A stretch of 64,000 bases of DNA from an uncultured Clostridiaceae bacterium (GCA_964653805.1 CAZZFS010000006.1:5352-69351), one strand, 5' to 3'; shown: positions 8,799 to 19,689, counted from the first letter of the stretch. Numbers and translations: made by a program. The notes: a model not told the origin generated them from the sequence alone.

Positions 8799-9749
8799 AT
8801 GGCATACAATTTAAAAGAAGTTATAAAAAAAGAATCTAGACTTGTTGGCGGACATAGAATGTGTGCTGGTTGCGGTGCTCCTCCTACTATAAGAACAGTA
8901 CTTCGTGCTTTAAAAGAAGAAGATAATGCTGTAATTTCAGTAGCTACAGGCTGCCTTGAAGTTTCAACTTGTATATATCCATATACATCTTGGAAAAATT
9001 GTTCTTTTATACATACAGCATTTGAATGTGCATCAGCTACTTTATCTGGTGCTTGGAAAACATATGAATCATTAAAAAAAGCTGGTAAATTAGATAAAGA
9101 TAAAACTACAAAATTTATAGCTTTTGGTGGTGATGGTGGTACTTTAGATATTGGATTACAATCTTTATCTGGTGCTATGGAAAGAGGAACAGATATGGCA
9201 TATATATGCTATGATAATGGCGCATATATGAATACAGGAACACAAAGATCATCTTCTACTCCACATTTTGCAAATACAACTACTTCACCATCAGGTAAAG
9301 TAATACCAGGAAAACTACAAAAAAGAAAAGATTTGACTGAAATAATGGTAAATCATAATATTCCATATGTAGCACAAACAGCATTAATTGGAAACTTAAA
9401 AGACTTATATGAAAAATCTGAAAAAGCAATATATACAGAAGGTCCATGTTATGTATCAGCATTTTCACCTTGTCCAAGAGGTTGGGGTTATCCTCCAGAA
9501 GAACTAGCTACAATATCTAAACTTGCAGTAGATACTTGTTTTTGGCCTTTATATGAAGTAGAAAATGGAAAATACAAAATAACATATAGACCAGCAACAA
9601 AAATACCAGTAGAATATTTCTTAAAAACACAAAAAAGATTTAAACACTTATTTATTGAAGAAAATAAATGGATGCTAGAACAACTACAAGAAGAAATAGA
9701 TAAAAAATGGGATTACCTAAATCTTATGGAAGAAATCACAAACAAGTAA
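8799..9749 (+). CDS. porB: Pyruvate/2-oxoacid:ferredoxin oxidoreductase, beta (TPP-binding) subunit
   Basis: CAGCGAP cysteine motif and GGDGGTLDIG TPP-binding motif. Starts 1 nt after the porA stop. Confidence 0.88.
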   Translation: MAYNLKEVIKKESRLVGGHRMCAGCGAPPTIRTVLRALKEEDNAVISVATGCLEVSTCIYPYTSWKNCSFIHTAFECASATLSGAWKTYESLKKAGKLDKDKTTKFIAFGGDGGTLDIGLQSLSGAMERGTDMAYICYDNGAYMNTGTQRSSSTPHFANTTTSPSGKVIPGKLQKRKDLTEIMVNHNIPYVAQTALIGNLKDLYEKSEKAIYTEGPCYVSAFSPCPRGWGYPPEELATISKLAVDTCFWPLYEVENGKYKITYRPATKIPVEYFLKTQKRFKHLFIEENKWMLEQLQEEIDKKWDYLNLMEEITNK

Positions 9750-9793
9750 ATTGAAAAAGTAGCTTAGGGCTAACTTTATAAAAAAATAACTAA

Positions 9794-9838
9794 CCCCCAT
9801 ATAATATTTAAAAATATTATATGGGGGTGTATTTTTTT
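9794..9838. terminator. Bidirectional terminator between porB and the GNAT gene
   Basis: 16-bp palindromic stem CCCCCATATAATATTT/AAATATTATATGGGGG followed by a T-run. Confidence 0.8.
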
Positions 9839-9843
9839 ATCCT

Positions 9844-10305
9844 CTAAATTTTTATTTCCATTCTTCTTTCTCTATCAATAAATCCATTGTTTAAATAAAA
9901 ATTTATAGCCTCTTTATTTTTCGCATTAACATTTAATTCTAAAGAATCACAATTATTTTCTTTTGAATATTTTTTTAAATATTCAATAAATAATTTGCCA
10001 TATCCTCTACCTTGAAATTCATTTGATATAACAATACTATCTATAAAAATAAATTTTCTATCAACTAAAATATTGCATCTATTTTGTCTTACTAAAAAAT
10101 ATGTATATCCTATAATTTTATTATCCACTAAACCAACTATAATATTATTTTCACTTATAAGTTTTATAAATTCTTCTTTAGACATTGGTATTTCAACATC
10201 TTTAAAAACATCTGGATTATATCCTACATGTTGATTATGTATTTGTTTTATTAATTCAAGTAGTTTTTCATAATCTTCTTGAATTGCAAATCTTATTACT
10301 AGCAT
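9844..10305 (-). CDS. GNAT family N-acetyltransferase
   Basis: 153 aa. Acetyl-CoA motif FQGRGYGKLFIEYL. Confidence 0.8.
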   Translation of the reverse strand: MLVIRFAIQEDYEKLLELIKQIHNQHVGYNPDVFKDVEIPMSKEEFIKLISENNIIVGLVDNKIIGYTYFLVRQNRCNILVDRKFIFIDSIVISNEFQGRGYGKLFIEYLKKYSKENNCDSLELNVNAKNKEAINFYLNNGFIDRERRMEIKI

Positions 10306-10329
10306 TTTAAATACTCCTTAGTTTATATT

Positions 10330-10863
10330 TTAAAATTTATAATATTCATACTCAATTTTTTCTTTAATTGAGTCATGATTTATTTTTTTTACAATAATTG
10401 TTTTAGTTATAAAACTATACTTTAAATCTCCAAAATAAATTGAGTTTTTATAATTTAATTCTTCATTTTCAAAATTATAAATTAATAATAAAGAATTTGA
10501 AGTTGTTGTCATAATTTCATTTTTTCTAACCATAATTTCTTTGAAACCATCATTATTTATATCTATTATATAAAATCCAGAAACATTAAAACCAGATCTT
10601 AATTTATAATTATATACTTTATCATTTATTATAATATCATAATTATTTTTAAAAGGAAATAAATCGTCAGTTCCTTTATCTCCATAACTATCAAATCTAA
10701 TTTTTTCTTCTTTTGAATCATTATCTAAATCAATAAAATAATCTGTATCTTTTTCATATTCTTTATACTTAACATCTCTTATACATATTTTTAAAATTAT
10801 AAAACAAATTAGAATTAAACTTAAAGTTATAACTATAATTTTAAATTTTTTCTTTTTATTCAT
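10330..10863 (-). CDS. Membrane-anchored hypothetical protein with FG-GAP/VCBS-like Asp-rich loops
   Basis: N-terminal TM (IIVITLSLILICFIIL). DLDNDSKEEKI and IDINNDGFKEIMV calcium-loop-like motifs. Confidence 0.5.
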   Translation of the reverse strand: MNKKKKFKIIVITLSLILICFIILKICIRDVKYKEYEKDTDYFIDLDNDSKEEKIRFDSYGDKGTDDLFPFKNNYDIIINDKVYNYKLRSGFNVSGFYIIDINNDGFKEIMVRKNEIMTTTSNSLLLIYNFENEELNYKNSIYFGDLKYSFITKTIIVKKINHDSIKEKIEYEYYKF

Positions 10864-10886
10864 TTGTTTTCACACCTTTCAAGAGT

Positions 10887-13800
10887 TTATTTTAATTTCA
10901 TAGAAATAACTTTTGATACACCATACTCTTCCATAGTAACACCATAAACAGAAGATGCAACTTCCATTGTACCTTTTCTATGTGTAATAACTATAAACTG
11001 TGTTTCGCCCGAATATTTCTTTATGTATTCTGCAAATCTATGTACATTTACATCATCTAATGCAGCTTCTATTTCATCTAATATACAAAATGGAGGTGAT
11101 TTTATTTTAAGTATTGCAAACAATAATGCTGTTGCAGTAAGTGCTCTTTCTCCACCTGATAATAACATCATACTTTGTAGTTTTTTTCCTGGTGGTTGAA
11201 CTTCTATGTCTATTCCACTTTCTAATAAATTAGATTCATCTGAAAGTCTTAATTCTGCTTTACCACCACCAAATAATTCTTTAAAAGTTTCATTGAAATT
11301 TTCTGAAATTATTTTAAATTGAGTAGCAAATTGTTGTTTCATAATAGTTGTCATATTATTTATTAAATTTTGTAGTTTTGCTTTTGTTTCATCTAAATCT
11401 TTCTTTTGATTTAATATAAAATCATATCTTTCTTTTGTATTTTTATATTCTTCTATTGAACTTACATCAACGTCTCCTAATGCTTTAATTTCTTTTCTTA
11501 ATTTTTCCGCAATTTTATTTATATCTTTTTCTTCTTCAGTTTCATCTTCTACCATATTTTCAATAAGTTGTTTAGCACTAGATATAGTTAATTCATATTC
11601 ATCCCACATTTTATTTTTTAAATTTTCAATTTCTATATCAAATTTAACTTTTTTGTTTTCAATTTTAGCTTTTTCTTCTTTTATTTTTTCTATTTTTTTA
11701 ATACTTTCTAAAACCTTAACTTCTAAAATATCTCTTTTTTTAACACAATCTTCTCTGCTTAATTTTAATTCTTCAGCTATTTTTGCATATTCTTCTTTAA
11801 AGTTTGAATGATTATCAACTTCAACTTTTATTTCTTCTATTTGTTTAGTTATATCTTCTATATTAAAATTTAATTTAGATATTTGCTCTTCTCTTTTTCC
11901 TATTAGAGTTTCAAAATTAACAATATCTTGTTCTATTTTTTCTTTCATTTCTTTAATAGATGATACACTTTCGTCAAAAGAAGATAATGATATTTTTAAA
12001 TTAACAACATCTTCATTTAAAAAATTAATCTCTTGTGATTTTTCTTTATTAAATCTTGTATACTCTTCTACTTCTACTTCTTTTTTATTTATATACTCAT
12101 CCATTTCTTTAATTAATGTATCATTTTGAGATATTTTTTTCTTTAACTCATCATTTTCTAATATAAATTGTTGCAATATATTTTTATAGTTTTCATTTGA
12201 TTTTTCTAACTTTTCTACTTCTTTTATAATATTTTCATATTTTTCAGTATATGTTGCAACTTCAATATTTAATTCTTCTTTTTTAGCATTAATTAATTTG
12301 AAATCATTTCTTTTAGCTTCAATAGCATTTTTTATTTCATTTGATTTTTTTATAAATTCTTCTAACTCTTTTTCTTTATTTGAAATTTCTTGTTTTATAT
12401 CTTCTTGTTTTTTAGCTCTACCTATAAGTCCAGCTGATTTATGAGAAACATTACCACCTGTCATACTACCAGTAGTAGAAATAAGTTCTCCACTTAAAGT
12501 TACTAGTTTAACACTATTATTTGTTTTTTTAGAAATTTGTATAGCATTATCTATATTATCTATTATCGCTGTGTTATTTAAACTTAAATTAATTGCTTTA
12601 AAATATTTTTTATCAAAATTAATTAAATCAACTGCCATTCCAATAAATCCAGGATAATTAGATAATTTATTTCCATTGTTTGAAACATCTCTTATACCAT
12701 CTAAAGGTAAAAATGTAGCTCTACCATATGAATTTTGTTTTAAATATGCAATCATTTCTTTAGCTATATTTGTATTTTCTACAACTATATTTTGCATATA
12801 TCCGCCAAGTGCTATTTCAATAGCATATTCATATTTTTCTTCAGTAGATATTAAACTAGCAATTGTACCATATATTTCTTTAATATTTCTTTGCTTTGAA
12901 TAATCAAGTACATGTTTAACACTTTTTACATAACCATCATTTTCAGCATCTAAATTTTTCAAATATGTATATTTAGAATTTAAAATCATTTTTTCTTGTT
13001 TTAATTTATTTTCAATATTTTCATATTTAACTAATTCTTCTGAAGCTTCTTTTAAAATACTTTCTGATTCTTCTAATTCAGTTAATATTGCATTTAATTC
13101 AGTAGTTTTTTTAGATAATTCTATATATATATCATTTTTTTGTGAATTAATACTATCTTTTCCAAGTAATGCTCTTTCAGCATTTTTATTTCTTTCTTCT
13201 ATTTGCTTGTCATTTGCTTCAATTGTTGCAAGCATACTACTTGAACTAAGTTTTAATTCATATTTTTCTTCGCTTTTTATATCAATTTCTTCTTTTATCT
13301 TTTCAATATGAATCCCTTGTGAATCCATACTATCCATCATTTCATCTAATTGTATTTGTTTTTCTTTAAGTTCAGTTTCAAACTTCACTTTATTTTTTAA
13401 CATAGATTCACTTTTTAAAGTTCTAACTTTTAACTCTTCTTTTAACAAATCTATTTTTTCTTTATCTTCTAATATTTCATTACTTAAACGAACTATACTT
13501 TCTTTAAAATTTTCTATTTGAGCTTTACTTAAATTTATTCTTGAATTCATTTTTTCTGATTCATTTTCAAGTTCAAAATATTTTTCTTTTGACTCTTCTA
13601 TTTTTAGTAATATTTCGTCAAATCTTTCTTTTAAATTAAGTTTTGCTTTTTCAAGTTCTACCGCTGTTTGTTCTTCTAAATCAATATCTTGACTAAATGT
13701 TTCTATTATATCATCTAAATCCGATAAATCAGCAGCATTTTTCTTTATACTATCAATAAATATTTTAATATCAAATTGTTTTAATTTTTCTCTATAATTC

Positions 13801-14447
13801 AAATATTTTTTTGCTGTTTCAGATTTTTTCTCTAAAGGCCCTATAACATTTTCTATTTCATTTAAAATGTCATTTACTCTTTCTAAAGTATTATCTGTAT
13901 TATTAAGTTTTCTTGTAGCTTCATCTTTTCTTGTTCTATATTTTACAATTCCAGATGCTTCTTCAAATATATGTCTTCTTTCCTCAGATTTAGTAGATAA
14001 AATTTCATCAATTTTACCTTGTGATATTATACTATATCCATCTTTACCTACACCTGTATCCATAAACAATTCTTGAATATCTTTTAATCTACATTCTGTA
14101 CCATTTAAAAGATAATTACTTTCACCACTTCTGTATATACGTCTAGTTACTACAACTTCGTTATATTCAACTGGCAAACTAGCATCACTATTATCTAAAT
14201 ACATAGAAACTTCAGCAAATCCTACTTTTTTTCTTGCTTGAGTTCCTGAAAATATAACATCCTCCATTTTAGCTCCACGAAGGGTTTTTATACTTTGTTC
14301 ACCAAGTACCCACCTTACAGCATCTGATATATTACTTTTACCACTACCATTTGGACCAACTATAGTTGTTATTCCATCTAGAAAAACAATCTCTGTTTTA
14401 TCAGCAAATGATTTAAATCCTTGAACTTCTATTTTTTTTAATTGCAT
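10887..14447 (-). CDS. smc: Chromosome segregation protein SMC
   Basis: 1186 aa. Walker A GPNGSGKSN, long coiled coils flanking a hinge, LSGGERALTA signature, Walker B ILDEIEAALD. Confidence 0.95.
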   Translation of the reverse strand: MQLKKIEVQGFKSFADKTEIVFLDGITTIVGPNGSGKSNISDAVRWVLGEQSIKTLRGAKMEDVIFSGTQARKKVGFAEVSMYLDNSDASLPVEYNEVVVTRRIYRSGESNYLLNGTECRLKDIQELFMDTGVGKDGYSIISQGKIDEILSTKSEERRHIFEEASGIVKYRTRKDEATRKLNNTDNTLERVNDILNEIENVIGPLEKKSETAKKYLNYREKLKQFDIKIFIDSIKKNAADLSDLDDIIETFSQDIDLEEQTAVELEKAKLNLKERFDEILLKIEESKEKYFELENESEKMNSRINLSKAQIENFKESIVRLSNEILEDKEKIDLLKEELKVRTLKSESMLKNKVKFETELKEKQIQLDEMMDSMDSQGIHIEKIKEEIDIKSEEKYELKLSSSSMLATIEANDKQIEERNKNAERALLGKDSINSQKNDIYIELSKKTTELNAILTELEESESILKEASEELVKYENIENKLKQEKMILNSKYTYLKNLDAENDGYVKSVKHVLDYSKQRNIKEIYGTIASLISTEEKYEYAIEIALGGYMQNIVVENTNIAKEMIAYLKQNSYGRATFLPLDGIRDVSNNGNKLSNYPGFIGMAVDLINFDKKYFKAINLSLNNTAIIDNIDNAIQISKKTNNSVKLVTLSGELISTTGSMTGGNVSHKSAGLIGRAKKQEDIKQEISNKEKELEEFIKKSNEIKNAIEAKRNDFKLINAKKEELNIEVATYTEKYENIIKEVEKLEKSNENYKNILQQFILENDELKKKISQNDTLIKEMDEYINKKEVEVEEYTRFNKEKSQEINFLNEDVVNLKISLSSFDESVSSIKEMKEKIEQDIVNFETLIGKREEQISKLNFNIEDITKQIEEIKVEVDNHSNFKEEYAKIAEELKLSREDCVKKRDILEVKVLESIKKIEKIKEEKAKIENKKVKFDIEIENLKNKMWDEYELTISSAKQLIENMVEDETEEEKDINKIAEKLRKEIKALGDVDVSSIEEYKNTKERYDFILNQKKDLDETKAKLQNLINNMTTIMKQQFATQFKIISENFNETFKELFGGGKAELRLSDESNLLESGIDIEVQPPGKKLQSMMLLSGGERALTATALLFAILKIKSPPFCILDEIEAALDDVNVHRFAEYIKKYSGETQFIVITHRKGTMEVASSVYGVTMEEYGVSKVISMKLK

Positions 14448-14509
14448 ATCTCAAACTCTCCTATAACATCAATTTACTAGTTAATTATATACTAACAGGA
14501 AAATTTAGT

Positions 14510-14550
14510 CAACAAAAGGAATACATAAAAAATGTATTCCCTTTTATTTT
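14510..14550 (-). terminator. Terminator separating the small two-gene unit from smc
   Basis: 9-bp stem GGAATACAT/ATGTATTCC, A5 loop, T-rich tails on both strands. Confidence 0.55.
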
Positions 14551-14570
14551 TTTGATATTTTATTTTCTTT

Positions 14571-14819
14571 TTAAATTTTGTTGATTTTTTTTTCAATTTG
14601 AAGAATAATTTCTTCTTGTTCTTTTAAACTTTCAAGAAGCTTTTGTAATAACTCAGAAGTTGTTGAATCCATATCTTTTTTTGAATTTTCTACATCCAAA
14701 TCTTTTTCTAAAACATCAAAAGACGCTTCAGAACCTGTAGAAAGAATTTCTTCTAATTCTTTCTCAGTAACATTACTGAAATTTAAACCACATTTCCGAC
14801 ATTTAATTTCACTTTTCAT
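14571..14819 (-). CDS. Hypothetical acidic coiled-coil protein (82 aa) with an N-terminal CxxC
   Basis: AAGGAGA, 5 nt, ATG. Sequence begins MKSEIKCRKCG. In-frame CGG at codon 8 (14796-14798). Confidence 0.55.
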   Translation of the reverse strand: MKSEIKCRKCGLNFSNVTEKELEEILSTGSEASFDVLEKDLDVENSKKDMDSTTSELLQKLLESLKEQEEIILQIEKKINKI

Positions 14820-14828
14820 AAAATCTCC

Positions 14829-15005
14829 TTAAATTTGAATTTGATTTTTTTGAATACTATTTTTTTGAACTAAAGTCAATTTTTTTAATGTATCTTCTAA
14901 TTCTTTTTTACTTTCATTTGAATTAAAAGCACAAATTAAAATATCCTTTATATCACTTTCAAAAATGTCTAAATAATTATTTGTTTTTGCTTTTTGTTTT
15001 TTCAT
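14829..15005 (-). CDS. Hypothetical small protein (58 aa), first gene of a two-gene unit
   Basis: AAGGAGA, 8 nt, ATG at 15005 (the longer track ORF lacks an SD). Its stop lies in the SD region of 14571..14819. Confidence 0.45.
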   Translation of the reverse strand: MKKQKAKTNNYLDIFESDIKDILICAFNSNESKKELEDTLKKLTLVQKNSIQKNQIQI

Positions 15006-15104
15006 AATAATTATCTCCTTAAATTTAATATAATTTAATTTCAAATCAATGTTATGTAATTTAATTATACTATATTTTGTTGTTAAAGTCAATTCATATT
15101 ATAT

Positions 15105-16097
15105 TTATATAGTTGATTTGTACTTAATTTTATAAGAATTATTATTATATTCTATTATTGTATCTACACCATTAATTATTGTGATAAATGGCCTTACATG
15201 ACCAAAATCACAGCTAGTTATAATAGGAACATTATATACTCCAAGTTCATCTTTTAATATCTTATTTTGCTTCTCATTAAATTCTTTATCTAAAGTTATT
15301 TTTCCTCTCCCGATCATAAAACAACTTACACTATTAAACCACCCTTTGTTTTTCATATTAATTATACATTCTTTTAATTCCTCTAGCTTCATTGCACAAT
15401 TTTCGATATACCAAATCTTTTTTCCTTTTTCATTAAATTTATCTAAATTACAGTACTCTGTATCCAATATACTTTTAAGTACATCTAAACAGCCTCCTAT
15501 CATTTGTCCTTCAACTTCAAATCTACTATTTTCATTCAATTCTTTAATCTCATTTATAGTATCTATATTATATCCTGCTAATTCTTTTCCTTCAACTTTT
15601 TTAAAGGATTTTGTCTCATACATTTCACATGATTTTTGTATAATATTTTCTCCATTTAAAATTTTAAAATTATCTTCAATTGTTTTATCCCATTTACTAT
15701 ATCCAAACGTAGGAAAACATGGAGCATATACAGTCTCCCACCCCAAAACAGTATTAAATAAAAATGTTAAAATAGAGTTATCCGAAAAACCTTGAAAAAC
15801 TTTAGGTGTTAATTTTTCTAATTTTTTAAAGTCTATATAAGGTATGATCTCATATAATTTATCGCCTCCATTTGCAGAAATAATTATATCAATATTATTA
15901 TCAATTATAGCTTTTTCTAGTTCTCTCACTTTAAGTAAATATTCTTCCTTTGAATATTTATTCTCAATATTTACAGTATCTCCGATTTCCACTTCTATTC
16001 CTTTTTCTTTAAATTTAGTAATTGCACTATCAAATCTTAATTTATCTCCATAATTACTGACTGCATCAGATGGTGCCGTAACAAATATTTTTTTCAT
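15105..16097 (-). CDS. LD-carboxypeptidase (peptidase S66 / MccF-like)
   Basis: 330 aa. Nucleophile motif QGFSDNS and C-terminal CDFGH histidine motif. Confidence 0.75.
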   Translation of the reverse strand: MKKIFVTAPSDAVSNYGDKLRFDSAITKFKEKGIEVEIGDTVNIENKYSKEEYLLKVRELEKAIIDNNIDIIISANGGDKLYEIIPYIDFKKLEKLTPKVFQGFSDNSILTFLFNTVLGWETVYAPCFPTFGYSKWDKTIEDNFKILNGENIIQKSCEMYETKSFKKVEGKELAGYNIDTINEIKELNENSRFEVEGQMIGGCLDVLKSILDTEYCNLDKFNEKGKKIWYIENCAMKLEELKECIINMKNKGWFNSVSCFMIGRGKITLDKEFNEKQNKILKDELGVYNVPIITSCDFGHVRPFITIINGVDTIIEYNNNSYKIKYKSTI

Positions 16098-16352
16098 ATT
16101 TTTCTCCTTTTAGTATATTTTATATTATACCATATTTAATTTTTAAAAATCAACCATAATATTTCTTTAAATCTATTTATTTTTTGTAACTATTATTATA
16201 TAATAACATTATATTTATCATCAAATAATTGATAGATAAGTTAATGTATTTTTAAAGTATAATAATTTAACTCTTTTAGGATAAATTTATTTAAATAGTA
16301 AGGTTAATGAAAATATAATAAAAAAAGATAATGCAAGGAGATGAAATAATAT

Positions 16353-17945
16353 ATGAAAGTTTTACTTACAACCCTAAATTCAAAATATTCACATACAAAT
16401 ATATCACTATACTATTTAAAAAATTGTATAGATACTTTATGTGATTGTAATATACAAAATTATACTATAAATGATGATTTAAATAATATTTTAGCAAATA
16501 TTGTTGAATACAACTCAGATATAGTTTGCTTTGGATGCTATATTTGGAATATAGAACAAACACTTAAAATTTGTAGTAATTTAAAAACTTTAAAACCAAA
16601 TATTAAAATAATATTAGGTGGTCCTGAAGTTTCATATAATCCAGAAGAAATACTATTTAGTAATAAATATATATCTAGTATAATATGTTTAGAAGCCGAA
16701 AATGGTGTTAAACAAGCTATTTTAGATGCAAAAGATAATAAATTACAAAGAATATATAATATACCTGTAAAAGTTGAAGATATACCAAATATTTCTGATG
16801 ATATTTGTTTAAACTATGATAATAGAGTTGTATATTTTGAAACAAGTAGAGGTTGTCCTTACAGATGTAGTTATTGCCTATCTTGTATAGATAAACAAGT
16901 TAAATATTTTGAATTAGAAGATGTTAAAATAAATCTAAAAAAACTTCTTGATTTAAATGTAAGTCAAATTAAATTTTTAGATAGAACTTTTAATTCAAAT
17001 AAAAAAAGGACTATTGAAATTTGGAAGTTTTTAATTGCTAATAGAAAAAATACTACATTTCATTTTGAAATATGTGTTAATTTAATAGATAATGAAGTAC
17101 TTGAATTTTTAAAAACAGTTCCAAAAGATATATTCCAATTTGAAGTTGGAATACAATCTACAAATGAAAAAACATTAAAAGCAATAAATAGAACATATAA
17201 TTTTGAATATGAAAAAGAAGTTTTAATTAAATTAAGAGAATTTAATAATATAAAATTACATACAGATTTAATAATTGGCTTACCTTATGAAGATTTAAAT
17301 ACTTTCAAAAAATCTTTTAATGATCTATATAGCGTTAATTCACAAGAGATACAAATTGGATTTTTAAAATTTTTAAAAGGAACTAATATATATATGCAAA
17401 AGGATGAATTTGGCTATATTTACGATACTTGCCCACCTTATGAAATATTTCAAAATTCATTTATATCTTATGAAGAAATTTGCTTTTTAAAAAAATTTGA
17501 AACTATTTTTGAAACTTTACACAATTCAACTTATTTTAAAAACTTTTTAAATTATATTGTTGCAAAAGATAAAAATGCATATGAAATTTATGAAGATATA
17601 ACAAAATATTTTATAAATAAAAATTTATTAAGTAGAAAAATATCAATAGACGAAGTTTTTGAAACTTTAATATTAAAATATACAAATAACAATGACTTCG
17701 ATATTATTAAACAGTTACTTACCTATGACTATTTCTTGAAATTTAAAGGAACTAGAGATTGGTTCTTTAATAAATATGAAAATAAAAAAGACATAATTAA
17801 TGAATATATAAATGAAAATAGAACTACTATTTTTAATGATTTAAGTAATTTAGAAATATATAAAAAATATAAATTTTGTATTCTTGACTATGATATAAAT
17901 AATAATTTACCTACTAAACAAAAAATATATTTTACAAAAAAATAA
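16353..17945 (+). CDS. B12-binding-domain radical SAM protein (DUF4080-type C-terminus)
   Basis: 530 aa. N-terminal B12-like domain, radical SAM cluster motif CPYRCSYC. Confidence 0.8.
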   Translation: MKVLLTTLNSKYSHTNISLYYLKNCIDTLCDCNIQNYTINDDLNNILANIVEYNSDIVCFGCYIWNIEQTLKICSNLKTLKPNIKIILGGPEVSYNPEEILFSNKYISSIICLEAENGVKQAILDAKDNKLQRIYNIPVKVEDIPNISDDICLNYDNRVVYFETSRGCPYRCSYCLSCIDKQVKYFELEDVKINLKKLLDLNVSQIKFLDRTFNSNKKRTIEIWKFLIANRKNTTFHFEICVNLIDNEVLEFLKTVPKDIFQFEVGIQSTNEKTLKAINRTYNFEYEKEVLIKLREFNNIKLHTDLIIGLPYEDLNTFKKSFNDLYSVNSQEIQIGFLKFLKGTNIYMQKDEFGYIYDTCPPYEIFQNSFISYEEICFLKKFETIFETLHNSTYFKNFLNYIVAKDKNAYEIYEDITKYFINKNLLSRKISIDEVFETLILKYTNNNDFDIIKQLLTYDYFLKFKGTRDWFFNKYENKKDIINEYINENRTTIFNDLSNLEIYKKYKFCILDYDINNNLPTKQKIYFTKK

Positions 17946-17961
17946 AAATGGAGATGATAAA

Positions 17962-18450
17962 ATGAGTATTAATATAGTATTAATAGAACCTGAAATACCA
18001 CAAAACACTGGAAATATAGCAAGAACTTGCGCTGCAACTGGTGCTACACTACATTTAATAAAACCTCTTGGTTTTGATATATCTGAAAAAGCTGTAAAAA
18101 GAGCTGGTCTTGATTATTGGGATAAACTAGATATAAAAATATATGAAAATCTAGAAGAATTTAAAAATATAACTAAAGATAAAGATGTTTTTTTAGTTAC
18201 AACTAAAGCAAAAAAAGTATATTCTAATGTATCTTATACAAAAGATTGTTATATTGTTTTTGGACCTGAAACAAGAGGAATACCTGAAAGTTATATATTA
18301 GAACATATGGAAAATTCAATTAGAATTCCTATGAAAAATAATATTCGTTCTTTAAATTTATCGAATAGTGTTTCAATAGTTGCTTATGAAGTTTTAAGAC
18401 AATTTGATTTTTTAGATTTAGAAACTACTAGTCATTATTTCGATAATTAA
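17962..18450 (+). CDS. trmL: tRNA (cytidine/uridine-2'-O)-methyltransferase TrmL (SpoU family)
   Basis: IVLIEPEIPQNTGNIARTCAATGATLHLIKPLGF...KRAGLDYW is the hallmark TrmL N-terminus. Confidence 0.88.
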   Translation: MSINIVLIEPEIPQNTGNIARTCAATGATLHLIKPLGFDISEKAVKRAGLDYWDKLDIKIYENLEEFKNITKDKDVFLVTTKAKKVYSNVSYTKDCYIVFGPETRGIPESYILEHMENSIRIPMKNNIRSLNLSNSVSIVAYEVLRQFDFLDLETTSHYFDN

Positions 18451-18507
18451 TAATTAAATAATATTGTTATTATATATTATTTAAATGATAAAAAAACTTG
18501 ATATTAA

Positions 18508-18972
18508 TCAAGTTTTTTTATTTTCACTTTCAAGTTGCCATTGCAATAATACAACTCTATTTAGCATTTGTTGAAGTTTTTCTTTTTCTTTTTGAATATT
18601 TGCATTGTATATAACGAAATCATCTATTTCTTTGCTCAAAGAAGTTAAATTATTCAAAATTCTTTCTAATTCTTTTAAAATTTTAAGTTTATCGAGTTCT
18701 TCATCTAAAACCAAAATGTTTTTACAACATTTTATCTTAAACATATCTTTGTTTTCACTCATAATTTCTTCTAAAGTTTTTTCTGGAATTGCTCCCATTA
18801 ACTTAGCATTTGATTCTGAACAAAAATAATAAATACTTTTGTACAAGTTAGATACTTCGTCTATACAATTAGAAAATCTAGTTACAAGAAAGTTACACTT
18901 TAAAATATCAAGTATAAATTTACTAAATACAACAGCCAAGAATACTATAATAATCATTGAAATATTGTCCAT
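18508..18972 (-). CDS. Membrane-anchored coiled-coil protein, paralog of 19004..19381
   Basis: N-terminal TM, shared FC-x-ES motif (YYFCSESNAKL), C-terminal coiled coil. AAGGAGA SD. Confidence 0.55.
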   Translation of the reverse strand: MDNISMIIIVFLAVVFSKFILDILKCNFLVTRFSNCIDEVSNLYKSIYYFCSESNAKLMGAIPEKTLEEIMSENKDMFKIKCCKNILVLDEELDKLKILKELERILNNLTSLSKEIDDFVIYNANIQKEKEKLQQMLNRVVLLQWQLESENKKT

Positions 18973-19003
18973 TATTACTTCTCCTTATTTTTTAAATTTG
19001 CAT

Positions 19004-19381
19004 TTAAGTAAATTGAGTTTTTAATTTTTCTACTTCTTTGATTTTTTCAAAAATCTCATGTTTTTGTTTTTGTAAATTAAAATCAAAAAAAATAGATTTT
19101 TCAACTTTCTTTGAATCTTCAGATAGTGTTAATAATTTTGTTTCTAAATCAGATATAAGATCTAATTTAATTTCATTTTTTTTCACCACTATTTTTGTAT
19201 TTTTATGAAAAACTATAAACTCTAACTTACTTTCTTGACAAAAACTAATTATATCATCATATGATTGATTAATCATTTTTATTCTTTTTGAAAATTTATT
19301 TATATAATAAATTTCTTTTGAATAACTACAAATAATCAAAACAAATATGACACAAGCAAAACCAAACACAAAATTAACCAT
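19004..19381 (-). CDS. Membrane-anchored coiled-coil protein, paralog of 18508..18972
   Basis: N-terminal TM (FVFGFACVIFVLIICS), IISFCQESKLEF motif, coiled-coil tail. AAGGAGA SD. TTGACT-17-TAAAAT promoter about 110 nt upstream. Confidence 0.55.
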   Translation of the reverse strand: MVNFVFGFACVIFVLIICSYSKEIYYINKFSKRIKMINQSYDDIISFCQESKLEFIVFHKNTKIVVKKNEIKLDLISDLETKLLTLSEDSKKVEKSIFFDFNLQKQKHEIFEKIKEVEKLKTQFT

Positions 19382-19573
19382 ATTAATTATTTTCTCCTTA
19401 AATTTTAAAATGTCATTGTTATATTTTGCATACTAAATTTGATATTAATCTCCTTTCATAATATTTTAATATACTATACATTTTACCATTATTATGTAGA
19501 TTAGTCAATTGTTTTTCTTTCATATGTATAAGAATCAATTATTTAATTTTTATTAATAGTTACAATTAAAGAC

Positions 19574-19608
19574 AAAAAAAGAACTTGCATTTCTACAAGT
19601 TCTTTTTC
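19574..19608 (-). terminator. Terminator downstream of tRNA-Met
   Basis: 10-bp stem AAAGAACTTG/CAAGTTCTTT flanked by A/T runs (bidirectional form). Confidence 0.7.
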
Positions 19609-19612
19609 AAAT

Positions 19613-19689
19613 TGGTAGCGGCAACAGGAATCGAACCTGTGACCTTCCGGGTATGAACCGGATGCTCTAGCCAACTAAGCTACACCGCC
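19613..19689 (-). tRNA. tRNA with CAT anticodon (elongator Met type; Ile2/lysidine not excluded)
   Basis: 77-nt cloverleaf GGCGGUG..GCUUAGUUGGCUAGAGC..UCCGG-UUCAUAC-CCGGA..ACAGGUUCGAUUCCUGU..ACCA. No initiator features (no C1xA72, no GGG/CCC anticodon stem). Confidence 0.85.
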
